DNA of 63,484 nt, filler included, from Rhabdomonas costata (taxonomy: Eukaryota), in the NCBI GenBank assembly GCA_019059605.1. It is 46 parts of 46 records of this genome, joined end to end, with 100 filler letters (N's around TTAATTAATTAA, not from the genome) between each part and the next. Parts side by side here need not be neighbours in the genome. Positions count along the whole stretch, not along the records: positions 1 to 1,283 come from JAHMHO010020731.1; positions 1,384 to 2,666 come from JAHMHO010020732.1; positions 2,767 to 4,045 come from JAHMHO010020733.1; positions 4,146 to 5,427 come from JAHMHO010020734.1; positions 5,528 to 6,810 come from JAHMHO010020735.1; positions 6,911 to 8,193 come from JAHMHO010020736.1; positions 8,294 to 9,576 come from JAHMHO010020737.1; positions 9,677 to 10,959 come from JAHMHO010020738.1; 38 more parts are not named here. The stretch is one strand, 5' to 3'. The first letter of the stretch is position 1. The number at the start of each line of letters is the position of its first letter. The translations under genes and the position numbers were made by a program. Under the pieces are notes generated by a model. It made no database searches. It saw only the letters and a list, made by a program, of their open reading frames with translations, and was not told the DNA's origin. This document shows, one piece after another, positions 1 to 12,729 of this stretch.

Positions 1-1283
1 GTGGTGGGGTGGTGTGACTAGCACGTGCAGCTCCAGGCTACCAAATACTGTGAAAGACTCTTTGTCATTGGGATTTTTCAAGTCTGGTGTACGGCTTCAC
101 GATTCCCGTTCCAGGGATAGATGTTGAAAACTTTTGTAGATAATCTCTCTGAAGTATGTGTATGTGTGTGATTGTTTTCGAGTTTCCACACACGCAAGCG
201 CGCCGAAGACAAGAAAACAAAGCGGAACTTCTTCAGTAAAACAAACCTGCAAGTGAAAGCAACAGTGACGAGCGTCAGGCAGTCGGTTCTCCTCCTCGGT
301 CCACACACAAGAACCCCACTTCCCCACTAAAACCTAATCACGTCCACCCCCTTAGGGCGGGGAGCTCTTCACTGTGCCGCCTCATCACGGCAGCTCTGCC
401 CACTTGACTGGAGCACCGCCGCTTCTCTTTGGATTTCTTTGCCGTAATGCACGTTCTTTTCCTGCAATTTTTGTATTGATGTTTGTGCGTTTGTTCTTTT
501 TGGTGTGCAGTGAAATGGGAGATCTCACCCGCCCTGTTACTCTGGAGATGTTAAAAGGTATGCGCCGTTGTTTGCGAATCAGTTTTCAGGTAATCGCTTT
601 AACAACTGCAACGTTTAGAGAATTTGGCGGAAATCAAAGTCTCATTAGTCTCATTTGTACTTTCAAATCCGAAGACCTCAGGCTCTTCGGCTTCCACCCG
701 AAAGCATCCAGGACACTAAATGGCGTAAAAGGTAAGATGGGCCAAAAATTTCAAGAAATGAAAGGACGAGGATGTGGCAAGGACTGTGGGAGGAGCGAGG
801 GAGGAGGAGGATGGAGAGGGGGCAAGAAAGAGATTGCCTACACCCTGCCTCCCTTTGAAAAGCCTCGAGGCCATCTTGTGTCATCTGGTTGACGTTTCAC
901 CCTTAAGACAATCAGTCGGTGAGGAACGTTCAGTTTGCAGCACTTGCACTGGTGCGTTTTTGTCTCTGCTCAACCACAAGCCATTCGGGTTCTCAACGGG
1001 AAAGATGTATATCCAGTGGGGACCAGTGCAGTTCAGAAATTTAGCGTTCTTGATTTGCGCGTCGGGCAGAATGATCACAGTTTCACAGTGCACACACACG
1101 CATGCCTGTCCCCGTAACTTAGTTGGCCATGTGATTCTGTTGCAAGTTGTTATGTCGTGCCGCAATCATTAATTGGTCACAGTTTTTCACACCCTTCCAT
1201 GGTCACCGATTCCCATCTGAAAATTCTTGCAAAATCTTGTGCTTCCTGCGTTCATGTCTTGAAGGTGTTGTTTTTTCACCAAA

Positions 1284-1383
1284 NNNNNNNNNNNNNNNNN
1301 NNNNNNNNNNNNNNNNNNNNNNNNNNNTTAATTAATTAANNNNNNNNNNNNNNNNNNNNNNNNNNNNNNNNNNNNNNNNNNNN
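1284..1383. other. Artificial contig spacer (first of 45; N44-TTAATTAATTAA-N44)
   Basis: The same 100-nt spacer, with stops in all six frames, recurs about every 1.38 kb and delimits 46 contigs of about 1270-1300 nt. Confidence 0.99.
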
Positions 1384-1399
1384 TGGTGGGGGGGTGCAG

Positions 1400-2439
1400 T
1401 TCATTGGGGACTGCATCATGGCCCTGTGGAATGCCCCGGCACGGCTGCCGGGTCACGAGGCCGCAGTGTGCCGCGCCGCGCTGCGGATGCAGGCCGCGCT
1501 GGTATCGCTGAACGAGAAGTGGTCCTCACAGAGTATCGCCGACATCGAGTGCGTGCATTCCCTCCTTTATCCAGCTTTCCTGCCTTGCACCTTTGCTGAC
1601 ATTCTGTCCCCTTCCGATGGTTGTGCCTGTCATGTTTCGTAGAAGGTCTGAATTGCTGCAAGGTGTAAGCTCAGTTTTGTCGTGTGTTAGTTCGGGTTGC
1701 GTCCTTACTGCCTCATTGGCGCTCCTGCTTTTCTTTTTGCATCCTCAAAACCTGAGTTTTACCTAATTTCCGATGTGTGCGGGTTCGGCTTGTTCTGCCC
1801 AGCCTCTCTGTGCTGTCATTCTCTTTTTGTGGATGCCTAGATTCCGCACCGGTATTAACACGGCTCGGGTCCTTGTGGGCAACTACGGCTGCGATTACCG
1901 GATCAGCTACACTGCGCTCGGTAGTCACGGACCCACACCTCCCATTCTGCCACATGCCGATCAGAAAGAAAGTACATGCACCCCCATCGCAAGCAACCAC
2001 CTGCTTCCTTCCGGCAGTGTTTTTGTGGTGCTGCTGGCTTCTTTGTATTGCAGCGTGTGTTATGTCAGTGGTGTTTAGCGAATGGGAACGAGTATTTATA
2101 TTGAGGCACGAAATGAGGGCCTTGTGTGTATGTGGGGGTTTTACTCTGTACATTGCCTCGGACCGCTGGATTTGATGGTGAGTGCGTGTCCCCGCGTGTG
2201 TTTCCACCACGGCAAGTCGCCCGAGCCTGCAAGCGCGAGTCTAGTGGGTTTTTGATTATGTGCGCTTTTTGAGTGTTGATTTTTCGAGTTCACTTTCTGA
2301 GTTTTGTTCTTGTCTGCTAGTCTGCAAGTTGTTCCATATGCAGACTCTTCTTCGGTTTTGCACTTCGTATCGCGTGTGCGGGTGTCTTGGCGCAGGGGAT
2401 GGGGTTAACCTGGCCAGCCGCCTGGAGGCCGCGAACAAG
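1400..2439 (+). CDS. Class III adenylyl cyclase catalytic domain, partial (3 exons)
   Basis: Exons 1400-1548, 1841-1920 and 2396-2439 join in frame via GT-AG introns: FIGDCIMALWNAP...DIEFRTGINTARVLVGNYGCDYRISYTALGDGVNLASRLEAANK. The metal-binding GD and the catalytic N-x3-R motif are intact. Confidence 0.95.
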
Positions 2440-2944
2440 GTGCCGTGGCTTTTGTTTTAATCTCATCCATTGTTCAAGCAAGTGGAGCTTTTTGAGAACT
2501 AGTGCTGCAACAAGCTCTCTCTTTGCAAATATACTTGTAGTGGTGAGCCGCGGAGCACGCGTTTACCATAGGCACGTTTTCCTGTCCGATGCAACGGACT
2601 CTTGGCGTACCCAATTGAACCCACCCTTAAGAACCCCTGAATCAATCAAACCAATATAACCCAACCNNNNNNNNNNNNNNNNNNNNNNNNNNNNNNNNNN
2701 NNNNNNNNNNTTAATTAATTAANNNNNNNNNNNNNNNNNNNNNNNNNNNNNNNNNNNNNNNNNNNNGTGGTGGGTGTGTTTGGTGGGGTTGGAAAAGATT
2801 AGTAAAACTCGTTGCATGGTGGGATTCTCCATGGTAGGAGGAATAGGAAACGCTGTGTGGTACAGCGGAGTGGGGTACCTGGGAACACGACCAATCTCCC
2901 TCGCTGAGACTACCCAGCGATATTCTGGCGGACCTTCGCCTGAC

Positions 2945-3814
2945 CATGGCCCTGGGGAGGCACAGGTAGCGCCGCAGGAAGGTCCGCAACGGTGGCCACG
3001 AGGTGGTGGGAGGCAGCAGCTCCACGCGGAAGGTCAGGCGGCTGCGGACACGCTTGTCCAGCCCGTCCAGCACACCAATGTCGCAGCTGGTGGCCAGCAC
3101 AACCACCTTGCACGTCCGGCTGTGGCCCACACCCACCCAAGCCACCGAAGTGTTTATGTGGGGGGGGATGCTTCTATAAAAAGCGGAGGTCGTTCGACGA
3201 TGCTCATGTTGCTGCTGTGATGTGGCCACATGGTTCGGATGCAACTGCGCCATATACTGGCCTCGCAAGGTATTTTTATATTGAAACGGGCATACTGTTC
3301 TGTACACTTATTTACACGCGGATTCAAGGGACCCGGTGAGGAATCAAGGGACCCGGTGACTGCACGGCAGTCATTTCGGTTCATTTCGCTTAAGTCAGTG
3401 AAAGGGAGGAGCCCTAAACTGAGTGGAGCAGTAATTGCATCTCAAAAGTGGCGAGAGGGAGAAATCGGATACCATAGGGGTGATGGCGCCCCACCCCCCG
3501 ACTCGATACGGTCCTTTGCTGTTCATGCGTCATAAATGGGTTCACTTGCTTCTGTGGTCACAGCACACTGAGCCGAGGCCCTCTTTTTTATTTCCAACTC
3601 TAGGCACCCCGGAGTAAAACGTACACACCTATTTCCTTGGGAGGGAGGGAGCGAAGGGGGGGGGGGGGTCATACTCGCCCTCTTCGTGGATCCAATCAGC
3701 CAAAGTGTACAGCAGCCCCTCACAGGCTTTAGCCTTTGTCTCCAGGCCGTCGATGCGCACCAACAGAAACCCAGTGCAATGCTGCAGCAGGGTGTGCAGT
3801 TCCTCAGGTTGGCT
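2945..3814 (-). CDS. ORC4/Cdc6-like AAA+ protein, partial (2 exons)
   Basis: Exons 3814-3675 and 3119-2945 join in phase 2: FLLVRIDGLETKAKACEGLLYTLADWIHEEGDRTCKVVVLATSCDIGVLDGLDKRVRSRLTFRVELLPP. This parallels the ORC4 pattern ILDEFD...LLYNLFD...VIGLTCRLD..E.LEKRVKSRFSHR. Confidence 0.7.
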
Positions 3815-4599
3815 CTGAGAGCAATCGGGGCAGAAAAGAATTGCGAAGATCAACCACAAGAATCAACACAATGTCTGAGCACAAAAACATCGACAAGAAC
3901 CCTCCTCCTCCTCCTTTGCGTGACAAATCGAAGCCCTGGGCACCAAACATGCTAGTGCTGCGCTATATTCAGGTTCACGGCTGCGCTCCGCGGCCGAAGG
4001 CATCCTGAAAAAAGTGCCAGCGAGTGCACACATCGACCGCACCCCNNNNNNNNNNNNNNNNNNNNNNNNNNNNNNNNNNNNNNNNNNNNTTAATTAATTA
4101 ANNNNNNNNNNNNNNNNNNNNNNNNNNNNNNNNNNNNNNNNNNNNGGGGTTTGTGGGTGGAAGCGGGGCGAACGTTGTCCTGGGAGAGGCTTTCCCACCG
4201 GACAGACCTTTCTATCGGTGGCTGTAAATAATCATGTGCCAGTGCTGCTTTCGCTCGTGTATGTTGGTGCTCCTTTCTTTCCGTTTTCGGTTCCCTGCTT
4301 GTCTGCGTTTTTTCTCATCGCACCGTCGCATTTGTGCGTTTCCATTCCATATTTCCTTTGTTTCGTCGCTGTGGGTGGTGCCACAGGCTGCACCACAGGC
4401 AGAGTGTGGTGGAGAGCGTGTTGTTCGGACAGCTGTGTGTTTTTTGTGCAGTGAATGTTCAGTGTTCCATGGCTCGTGCACATCATCAGCACCTCAGTGC
4501 GTGCTTTTGGGGTGCTCTTTGGGATTCTGGCCGCCCCTTGAGAAGACCCGTTTCCAGTGTGGGAATTTCGAGTCCTACAATCAGTAAAATACTTACTTA

Positions 4600-5290
4600 T
4601 ATAAGGTAAGTTACACCCACAAACTCAGAAAATGGTATTCGAAGTCTTCTTAGCCTGTAGAAATGCCGCTGTCGGAGGACATGTTCTGTGATGGACCCGG
4701 AAATTTTTCTTGGTGGTGAACCAAAAGGCAGTTAGATATGAGATGCTCCAAAGAGACCAGTGCGCCGAAGGCACGGTTTTTTCGGGTGATACCGTGGTTG
4801 TGTTGATCTTTTGAAGCGAGTTGTGATTTCTGTAACCGACTGTTTGTTGAGAAGGGTACCTGAAGATAACACAGCCAATGCGGTATGGTACATTTCTGAG
4901 TTTACGGTGTAACGTACTTTATATACTATACTCTCCTATACTATACTATACTATACTATACTATACTATACTATACTATACTATACTATACTATACTATA
5001 CTATACTATACTATACTATACTATACTATACTATACTATACTATACTATACTATACTATACTATATATACTTATTTGTAAGCTCCGACGAAAGTCTCAGT
5101 TTACGGTGGAGCCTACTAGGCCAGCTCCACCCGAAAACTGAGAACAGAAGTCTTTTTACACTCTTTGTATGCCGCTGGTCTCAAAAATGTAGTGTACTTG
5201 GAGATGAGCGCAGCCCTTAGATGAGGGTTTGACCTGGGAGGCAAAATACGGTGATGGAAAGGAGCTTTGCGCGCCGAAGGCGCGAGGATT
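4600..5290 (+). repeat. Degenerate dispersed repeat, two units about 505 nt apart, each with a GCC-GAA-GGC hairpin
   Basis: Blocks AGYTMCACCC...GAAGTCTT...ATGCCGCTG at about 4609-4670 and 5124-5177, each followed about 100 nt later by GCGCCGAAGGC (4762, 5271). Related blocks occur at about 22927-23080 and 18066-18280. Confidence 0.6.
4936..5065 (+). repeat. (CTATA)n pentanucleotide microsatellite, about 26 units
   Basis: Perfect CTATA repetition; it produces the spurious YYTIL ORF. Confidence 0.98.
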
Positions 5291-7100
5291 TTTAGGAGTA
5301 ATTCTCCAGTCCTTTCAGACTTTTAGGCACACAGTGCAAAGGCGAAGTTTCGGCCTCAGGATCAGTCGTTTTGAAGATGACATAGGCGTGTTTCGGGTGG
5401 ACGGCGTGCACCTTCAACCCCAAACCCNNNNNNNNNNNNNNNNNNNNNNNNNNNNNNNNNNNNNNNNNNNNTTAATTAATTAANNNNNNNNNNNNNNNNN
5501 NNNNNNNNNNNNNNNNNNNNNNNNNNNGGGGTTGGGGGGGATGCATGCGAAGGACTGAGCATGCAGACAGTGGAGTATTCTGCTGGTCGTGATGACTCAG
5601 GCTGATGCCTTCGTCATCACTCCCTAAATGCAGAACTCAAAGGCTAATACCCCCATGTCATCTCCTTACGTCGATGCCATGGGGCCCCTTGGGGTTCTTT
5701 GCTGGTCGTGAGGTCGCTGCGCTCCCTCACTCCCTACATGTGATGGTTCATGCATTCCACCACGAAACGCAGTGAGTGGGGACTGGAAGCATTCGAGGCA
5801 CCGAGAATGCTGACAAGGAGTAGTGAAGGCTACGTACCACCTTAGGGTGGGGAGTAGACTGAACCACTGCATCTAGGGAGCATGCGAGGTACGAGCATGC
5901 GACCAGCAGTATACTCTCCTGTCGTCGTGAACTCTCGGTCCCTCGAGTCACTCCTCCCTCTCTACCCCTCACTCCACCACCATAAGGTGCTTACGTTCGG
6001 TCATCCCTTGCATCTAGAATACACGTAGCATGAGTGCGTAGCGGTCATGCGGAGTAGAGAGTGTCCCCAAGTCGAGGATTTAGAATGCATCGGGTATCTA
6101 GCCTCAGCATAAAAGAAGGCATCTGGGTACGTAGGCATGGTCGGTACGGGCATGCCGAAGTAGAGGTAAAGGCATCTGCGATAGAGGGTCATCTTTACTC
6201 CCTTACCCCTACAGTCATGCTGATACCCTTACACAGAATGCCTCAACTCACCAACCATGCCCCCAGAAACAAGAACGCAAGAACCCAACACGTAACACCG
6301 AAACACAAGCGTAGTAGAAGCACTGATAACACACAGAGACAGAAAGACAGAAGGCACGAACCCCGGCACCCAAAACCACCACGACCCAGAATTCCACACG
6401 CAGCCACCAACACCCTTCAACACATCAGCACAGTACAGCCATTGAGACAGAAGACACGAAGACAGAGACACGAACCCCTCACCCTCCAAAACACAACCAT
6501 CCTCCAACCACACACAGAGCCCAAGAACACACACTAACACACAGACCATGGTACTAAGCATGACAATGACACCCTAACCCACTGACTCCGACACACCAAC
6601 CCCAGACAACCCTACGCATCGAGAACCCAACATCGTAACACCATGACCCACAGACTCAGCTTGACATCGCGAACTCCTGACCCCTACGCTAAACCCTGAG
6701 ACCTTACAACATAACCCCACGGACCTAACAGTGACAACAACGCTACGACCATGACCATGACACCCTTCGCCTAAACGCAACAAGCCATCAACCCAACGCA
6801 CCACACCAACNNNNNNNNNNNNNNNNNNNNNNNNNNNNNNNNNNNNNNNNNNNNTTAATTAATTAANNNNNNNNNNNNNNNNNNNNNNNNNNNNNNNNNN
6901 NNNNNNNNNNGTGGTGTGGGTGTAATCCCCGTCCGTAGTTTCCCGTCGAGTGCCTTTTTTCTCGTTCCTTGTCTCATTACACCAGTGATTTTCGGGACAG
7001 GTTGGTATTTGTGTGACCTTTACAGCCATTTGGCTCCATTTTTTTCTAAACACTCTTTATCGAGGGCTAAGCCGAAGGACCCCTTTAACTTGTTGACCAG

Positions 7101-8164
7101 GTACACGCCTATTAATTCGACCGACCCCATCATTGAGGGCGCTGGGTCCTGGCTGCTGGTGACGTTCTTTTCTTGGGCGGCCATCCCGGACCTGGATACG
7201 GTGCAGGTCTTAAATAGCGAGAGCTATTGGGTGAGCTCCGCCGTCATTGCCTCGAAGGTATTCCTTCTCTGCACCATTCTAGCATGCCGTCTTTTGACAC
7301 ACCATCACTTTTTGGGTTGCTTCAGGTGTTGAAAAGACGATCGACGATGTTTCTTAGCCGCTTCTCTCTCCTTCCTCAAGTTGTCCCCTTTTTCTTCCAA
7401 AACCCTTTCCCCCTCCCTCTTCATCTTCGCCTCCTGTTCATTTTCCCCCATGCTTCTGTACCCTTGTGCTTCCGCACCAATGTTGCTGCCACAATCGATC
7501 AATCCTGTATCATCCAACCGTGCGGACCTCTGTTGCTGCAGTCCTTTTGGCAGTGGTAACAAAAAAACGATAGCGAACACTTTCATTAGGGTGGAGGGGG
7601 AATCGGACTAGGCCCATGATGCTTAAGACGATTTGGATTTGGATCTGGAAGAAATTCCTGGAGTCACGTTTTTGCGTTTTCTTGGACAAAATAAAGACCT
7701 GAAGTGTTCAGTACAAGCCTAACCGAAGTTGTGCACCGGTACCCCCCCCCCCTCGTTAGAAATCTTAGAAAATGCCGTCTTGCACATACTGCCTTTTTTA
7801 TACCAGCGACATAAACCTTAGATTCGTATAAGATTCCCATTGTCATCTTTTTTTTTTTGAAAACGTGGCTCCTGAGAAGGAAAAAGTTCTGAAGCTGCAG
7901 TGGGTACGCGCCTGACCTGATATGTCTGTTATGCTTCAAAAGATGGGGCTTCACGTCAACCTGGTCCTCTTGGTGGACCGGGCCTCGACGATGGGCCCCA
8001 TTGAGGCTGACACCGCGTCCACACTGAGCAACATTCGCCGCACCAACGTAGAGATGTCAGTGCTGCTGGGGGTTGTGGTGTTTGTGGCACTCTTGTGCGC
8101 GGTGATTATTGGCTTACTGGTGACGAGGTCCCTGTCCCGACTGGCGCACGGGATGGACATGCTG
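7101..8164 (+). CDS. Membrane receptor fragment (extracellular region + TM + HAMP start), probably a receptor-type adenylyl cyclase
   Basis: Exons 7101-7257 and 7943-8164 join in phase 0: ...ESYWVSSAVIASKMGLHVNLVLLVDRASTMGPIE...SVLLGVVVFVALLCAVIIGLLVTRSLSRLAHGMDML. A hydrophobic helix is followed by the TRxLxxLxxxM start typical of HAMP domains. Confidence 0.65.
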
Positions 8165-9676
8165 GTACTTGACACCCCGCGTCTCCCCCACAANNNNNNN
8201 NNNNNNNNNNNNNNNNNNNNNNNNNNNNNNNNNNNNNTTAATTAATTAANNNNNNNNNNNNNNNNNNNNNNNNNNNNNNNNNNNNNNNNNNNNTGTTGGG
8301 GTGGGCGACAGCAGCCGATACCGCGACGAGTTCGGAATGGTCGTGGGGGTCCCCTTGCCGGAGATCGACTAAGGGAGGAAAAGAGAAGGGGCCTTCCACT
8401 GAAACGCAACGCTCACCGCCATCTTCATGGTGGAGCATTTGGGATTGGGCAGGGATGGGGTGGGGAGTCGCATACCCGCTGGTCGAAACCCGCCTCCGCG
8501 ACTGAAACCCAACGGAAACCCACGGCTACACTTGTCTTGTGAAAGCACCTAGAATCTTGCCGCGGAGGGCATTCTGGACAAGATAAAACACCTGTCCATC
8601 GCTGCGCTGGAGACATGCGTCGTAACCTAACCCCCTCAAAAAGCTTCAATCGGAATCCAGAGGACACGTGTGCCGCCCCCCTAACCCGCTGCAAACGGTA
8701 TGTCGCAATCCCAGGATGGAGTCTGAGGGACAATCTGCCACGTTGCGGTCACGAGTTGGTTGATGGGAAGGGAGGCGGGAGGGGGGGGGGAGTGAATTCT
8801 TGAGCATGTCCCATTAACGGGATTGGTCTCTCACAGCTGAGGGAAGGTGAACTAAGTTGCAATGCAACGACACCCACCGTCCTAATTCAGGTTCGATCTG
8901 CAGTTGAGAATTCAAGAAGGCACGCTCTGCGTAAAAATGAGAAAGAAAAATGCCACACCCACACCACGAATTTGGCCCCCAGGCGCTGCAACGGGGGGAG
9001 GGGTCAGATTGCAGCCAAGCTTCCCTCAAAGGAGGTGGGGATCCCCCAACCGACAGAGGCCTAAACCACCGTGTTCCCCTTTCTGACCCTAATTTCTCAA
9101 ATGCTCCACTGCTGAATGCCACCACTACACCTGAGCCTCTGGATCCCCCTTTTTCCATCCGTACAGTCTTTGGTGGTGCCCTGTGCCCTGGTTGGTCCCG
9201 TGGGTTATGGCTTGTGCAGGTCCTGCTTCTGTGCCGCGTGCTGGTCTTCTTCTTCGTGGCTGGGCTGGTGCTGCGTTTGATGCACCTCCAGAGGAGGGGG
9301 GCCGTGCTGTGCCACTGTGCATTCCCTGTGCTTCGTTGAGGCACCATCTCCTTTTTGCTCTTCGAAGAGAGAGGGCGGGGGCTGTCGTCCATTTTTGGAA
9401 TATAAAAGATGGGAAGCCGGCCAGTTTTGCCGCCACCATGGGATTTCTATGCTTTTCAAACTTTTCCTCGAACATCATTCCAAAGCTACGCTTATCATCG
9501 TTCACGTGTAATTTGCGCATAAAAAGGATGAAGACCCCCCCCCTGCTGTCACAAAACCAACCAAAACACCCCACACNNNNNNNNNNNNNNNNNNNNNNNN
9601 NNNNNNNNNNNNNNNNNNNNTTAATTAATTAANNNNNNNNNNNNNNNNNNNNNNNNNNNNNNNNNNNNNNNNNNNN

Positions 9677-10574
9677 GTGGTGGTGGAGGAATGCCGTTCG
9701 TGTTGAAGCTGATGGTGTCGTACAACGACTCCACACTGGTGCCCTTTAACACAGGTGAGGGGGGCTCCTTGGGATTTCTGTGTGAAGCGCATCACCTGCT
9801 GGCGGAGCGTCTCTACGTTTGCTTTTTCGGGAACACCCTGTGATTAGTGTGAATGGTGAATTTCACCACCAGTAATGACCGTGAACCCCCAGGAAAGCGC
9901 ACCGGACGTGATCTCCCCATTAAGAGGCGCATCTTGAGCGGTTGTGCTGCTTCATTATTTTCCAGTTCTTTCTTTCTGCAGGCAGTAAGAAGGGCAGAGA
10001 GATAATCAAGTGTTTCCTAGTATTGTGCTGTTCTTGCAAAACAGAGGTCAAGGCTGTCAAATGTCTCCGAATTGACTGCCGATGGCACCCCGATGGCAAA
10101 AAAAGCGAATGCCGGAAACTTGGTTTTGTGGGAACTTAATAACAAGAAATTCTACAAAAATGGGTTGGGTGGAGACCAGAACCGAACGCGGGTTCTTCAC
10201 CACTTAACCATGACATTTTCAACGTATTCATGTGTATCTTTTGTCTCTGTTGCGACGTGGAGTTGCATATTCTCTGGCTGTTTTCCCTTAGCTCAAAACT
10301 GATATATGGCCCGAGTAAAGCATGAGCAACTTCTAGCCTTCTGTCTCTGTCCGCGACTTGTACGCTTGAACTTCCGTTGTCATTGGTGGTTTCCCTTTTT
10401 GGTCTGAGAAGACCAGGGCCGTGTGTGGGGTAGGGATGCATTGGCGCATGCATTTCAGAGGGCGTGCTTTCCTCGGCTACTCCGAAGACGGTGTACTACA
10501 AGGACCATGAGCCCCTTGTGGAGTTCGAGCTGCTCTGGCAGCCCGCCCTGCATTCAGCAATGGAGAAAGTCACG
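9677..10574 (+). CDS. Hypothetical protein, partial (2 exons)
   Basis: Exons 9677-9754 and 10459-10574 are phase-compatible (GT-AG) and GC3-rich: MPFVLKLMVSYNDSTLVPFNTEGVLSSATPKTVYYKDHEPLVEFELLWQP... Confidence 0.55.
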
Positions 10575-11121
10575 GTGTGCGGTCCCACAACAACACGAGA
10601 TAGACAGATGAAGAGAAGGAAGGGGAGGGGGTTCGCCTCAGCTCTCGGTGTCCTCTGTTGCCGCCGTCACTCTGGCTTTTCTTTGCAAGTATTTCTCTTT
10701 TGGTGTTTGGGGATCCCCCAGGGTCACCCATGTAGCCTTCACGTCCGCGCCTGGGAGGCCGGATTGGTTCGGTGTAGAGCTGCGCGAGTGGGGTTTTTTT
10801 GGGTCATTTTGGGCCGCTTTTGTGTCTTTGTGTTCCTCCGGCGTCAAAGGGCCATGCTGGCCCATTGTTGGCCTGCAGGCTGAGCTTAAGAGTTTGGCTG
10901 GGGCTGCCTAGCCCTCCTAAGCGTAGACCTCAGGAGTGCTTTCTGCTGGCATCCCCCACNNNNNNNNNNNNNNNNNNNNNNNNNNNNNNNNNNNNNNNNN
11001 NNNTTAATTAATTAANNNNNNNNNNNNNNNNNNNNNNNNNNNNNNNNNNNNNNNNNNNNGTGTTGTGGTCTTGAGAAGCTTGACGACCACACGAGCAAAC
11101 AGACGAGCAAATAAAGCGCAC

Positions 11122-11285
11122 CGGAACTCCACGAAGTAGTAGCTCAGACGGCAGCCGTAGCCCATCATTCGGATCAAAACCTCACCCACGAGGATGACCA
11201 CACTGAAGATGTCCATGGCCACGAACCATAGCGGCAAGGTTTGCCCCATGTATATAAACGAGAGGATGCACACGAACGTGTTCAG
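11122..11285 (-). CDS. Voltage-sensor/Ion_trans-like S1-S2 exon
   Basis: AG/GT-bounded exon LNTFVCILSFIYMGQTLPLWFVAMDIFSVVILVGEVLIRMMGYGCRLSYYFVEFR, with the S2 D...E..IR pattern followed by YF. Confidence 0.65.
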
Positions 11286-12729
11286 CTGAATGCAAACAGA
11301 AAAGAGCAGTGAAGGGGACCCCCTGAATAGTTTTAGGAATATGGATGTGAGGTGAGGTGAGGATGGGGTATGGCCACGACAAAAGGTGCAGCCGAGTCAG
11401 CAACAACCCACTCACCGGGCTTATTGCTGTGGAGTACTATGGTGCAGATGGGGTTCCATACCTCTGGATGGGGTGATCACGGCAAAATGAAGGCATTTTT
11501 TATCAGTTGCAATAGTCCAGCGCACAGGGTAGGCAAAAAAGGCAACGCAACAAATTTTACGACATAGGATTGGTGGGAATTTCAGTGGGATTCTTGCGAT
11601 ACGTGGCGGCGCTGTCTTTGGGGTTTTTCCAATCATTGAAACCAATTTGCGTGGAAAATCCCCCTAATTGGACCCTCTGCCGAAGACCGTTGTTTGGAAC
11701 AGCCACAATGATTAATTTCTTTCGACCACTTCCGCTTAAGCAAACCATGACGCTCAAAACCGTTCAACCACAGCCACAGCTATGAAGGTTACAAAGCGTA
11801 CAGGGGGGGGGGGCATTACATGAATCATTAGCACAAGACCACTCCCGAGGTCCTGCTATACAGTCCCATTGGTGAGTATTGTTGCAGCGTTTCAGTAACA
11901 TCAGAGGAGGAGACACAAGAGAACATGAGAAAAATACCACAATCATGAAAATGTTCAGCAAAACTTGGACGACTATTCCAACATCGGAATAGCAAATCAT
12001 CCGAGCAACGTTTTCCAAGTAGAGCATCATTTTCGCTGGGCAGCAGGACGTCACACGTGAACCCAGAAAACAAAGTGAGAAAAATGGCTGCGAAAACAGA
12101 AACCCCAAGTTGCGCGGATGGATCAGGAACACAAGAAAACTGCCGTTTTACAAAGCTGATTTATCACAGCTATTTTGGTTTCTGTTTCCCTGATTTCTTT
12201 TTGCAGGACCCACTGGGCCTCTCCGGCACTCTTCCGGACCACCATCATTCAACACGAGTTACTTCGGAAATGGGGAGGCGGGAGGCGGAAATGGGGTGAC
12301 CTTCGGGCCAGCTCCTCTCGCACAAGCCATGTCAAAAAACCANNNNNNNNNNNNNNNNNNNNNNNNNNNNNNNNNNNNNNNNNNNNTTAATTAATTAANN
12401 NNNNNNNNNNNNNNNNNNNNNNNNNNNNNNNNNNNNNNNNNNGTGGGGAAAAGGCGGTTGCGCGCAGACTGTGCGCAAACGCCTTTTCCCCGCCTTTTCG
12501 CAACCTTTTTACAGAAAATCTTTGGTTATTCTATCCATTTTCGAATCGCAAAGCTTCAGTATGCTTTCATCGCATGCGCATCCCGCACGCCCATATATGT
12601 CAACGCGTCCAGCCTGTTCACGATAGCGGACTGAAGTGTGCTCAGCACCACCAGCGGATCTGAGCGCTTGTTTATCATTTCATCTGTTGATGTTGACCAC
12701 TAACGTTTCGGCGTGTGGTGGGAATGCAG

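Noticed and set aside
2292..2302. ACTTTCTGAGT match to the start of the euglenid spliced leader
   Set aside because: Only about 11 nt match, it is intronic, and the rest of the SL exon and its donor are missing.
4878..5141. YYTIL-repeat protein
   Set aside because: It is the translation of the CTATA microsatellite.
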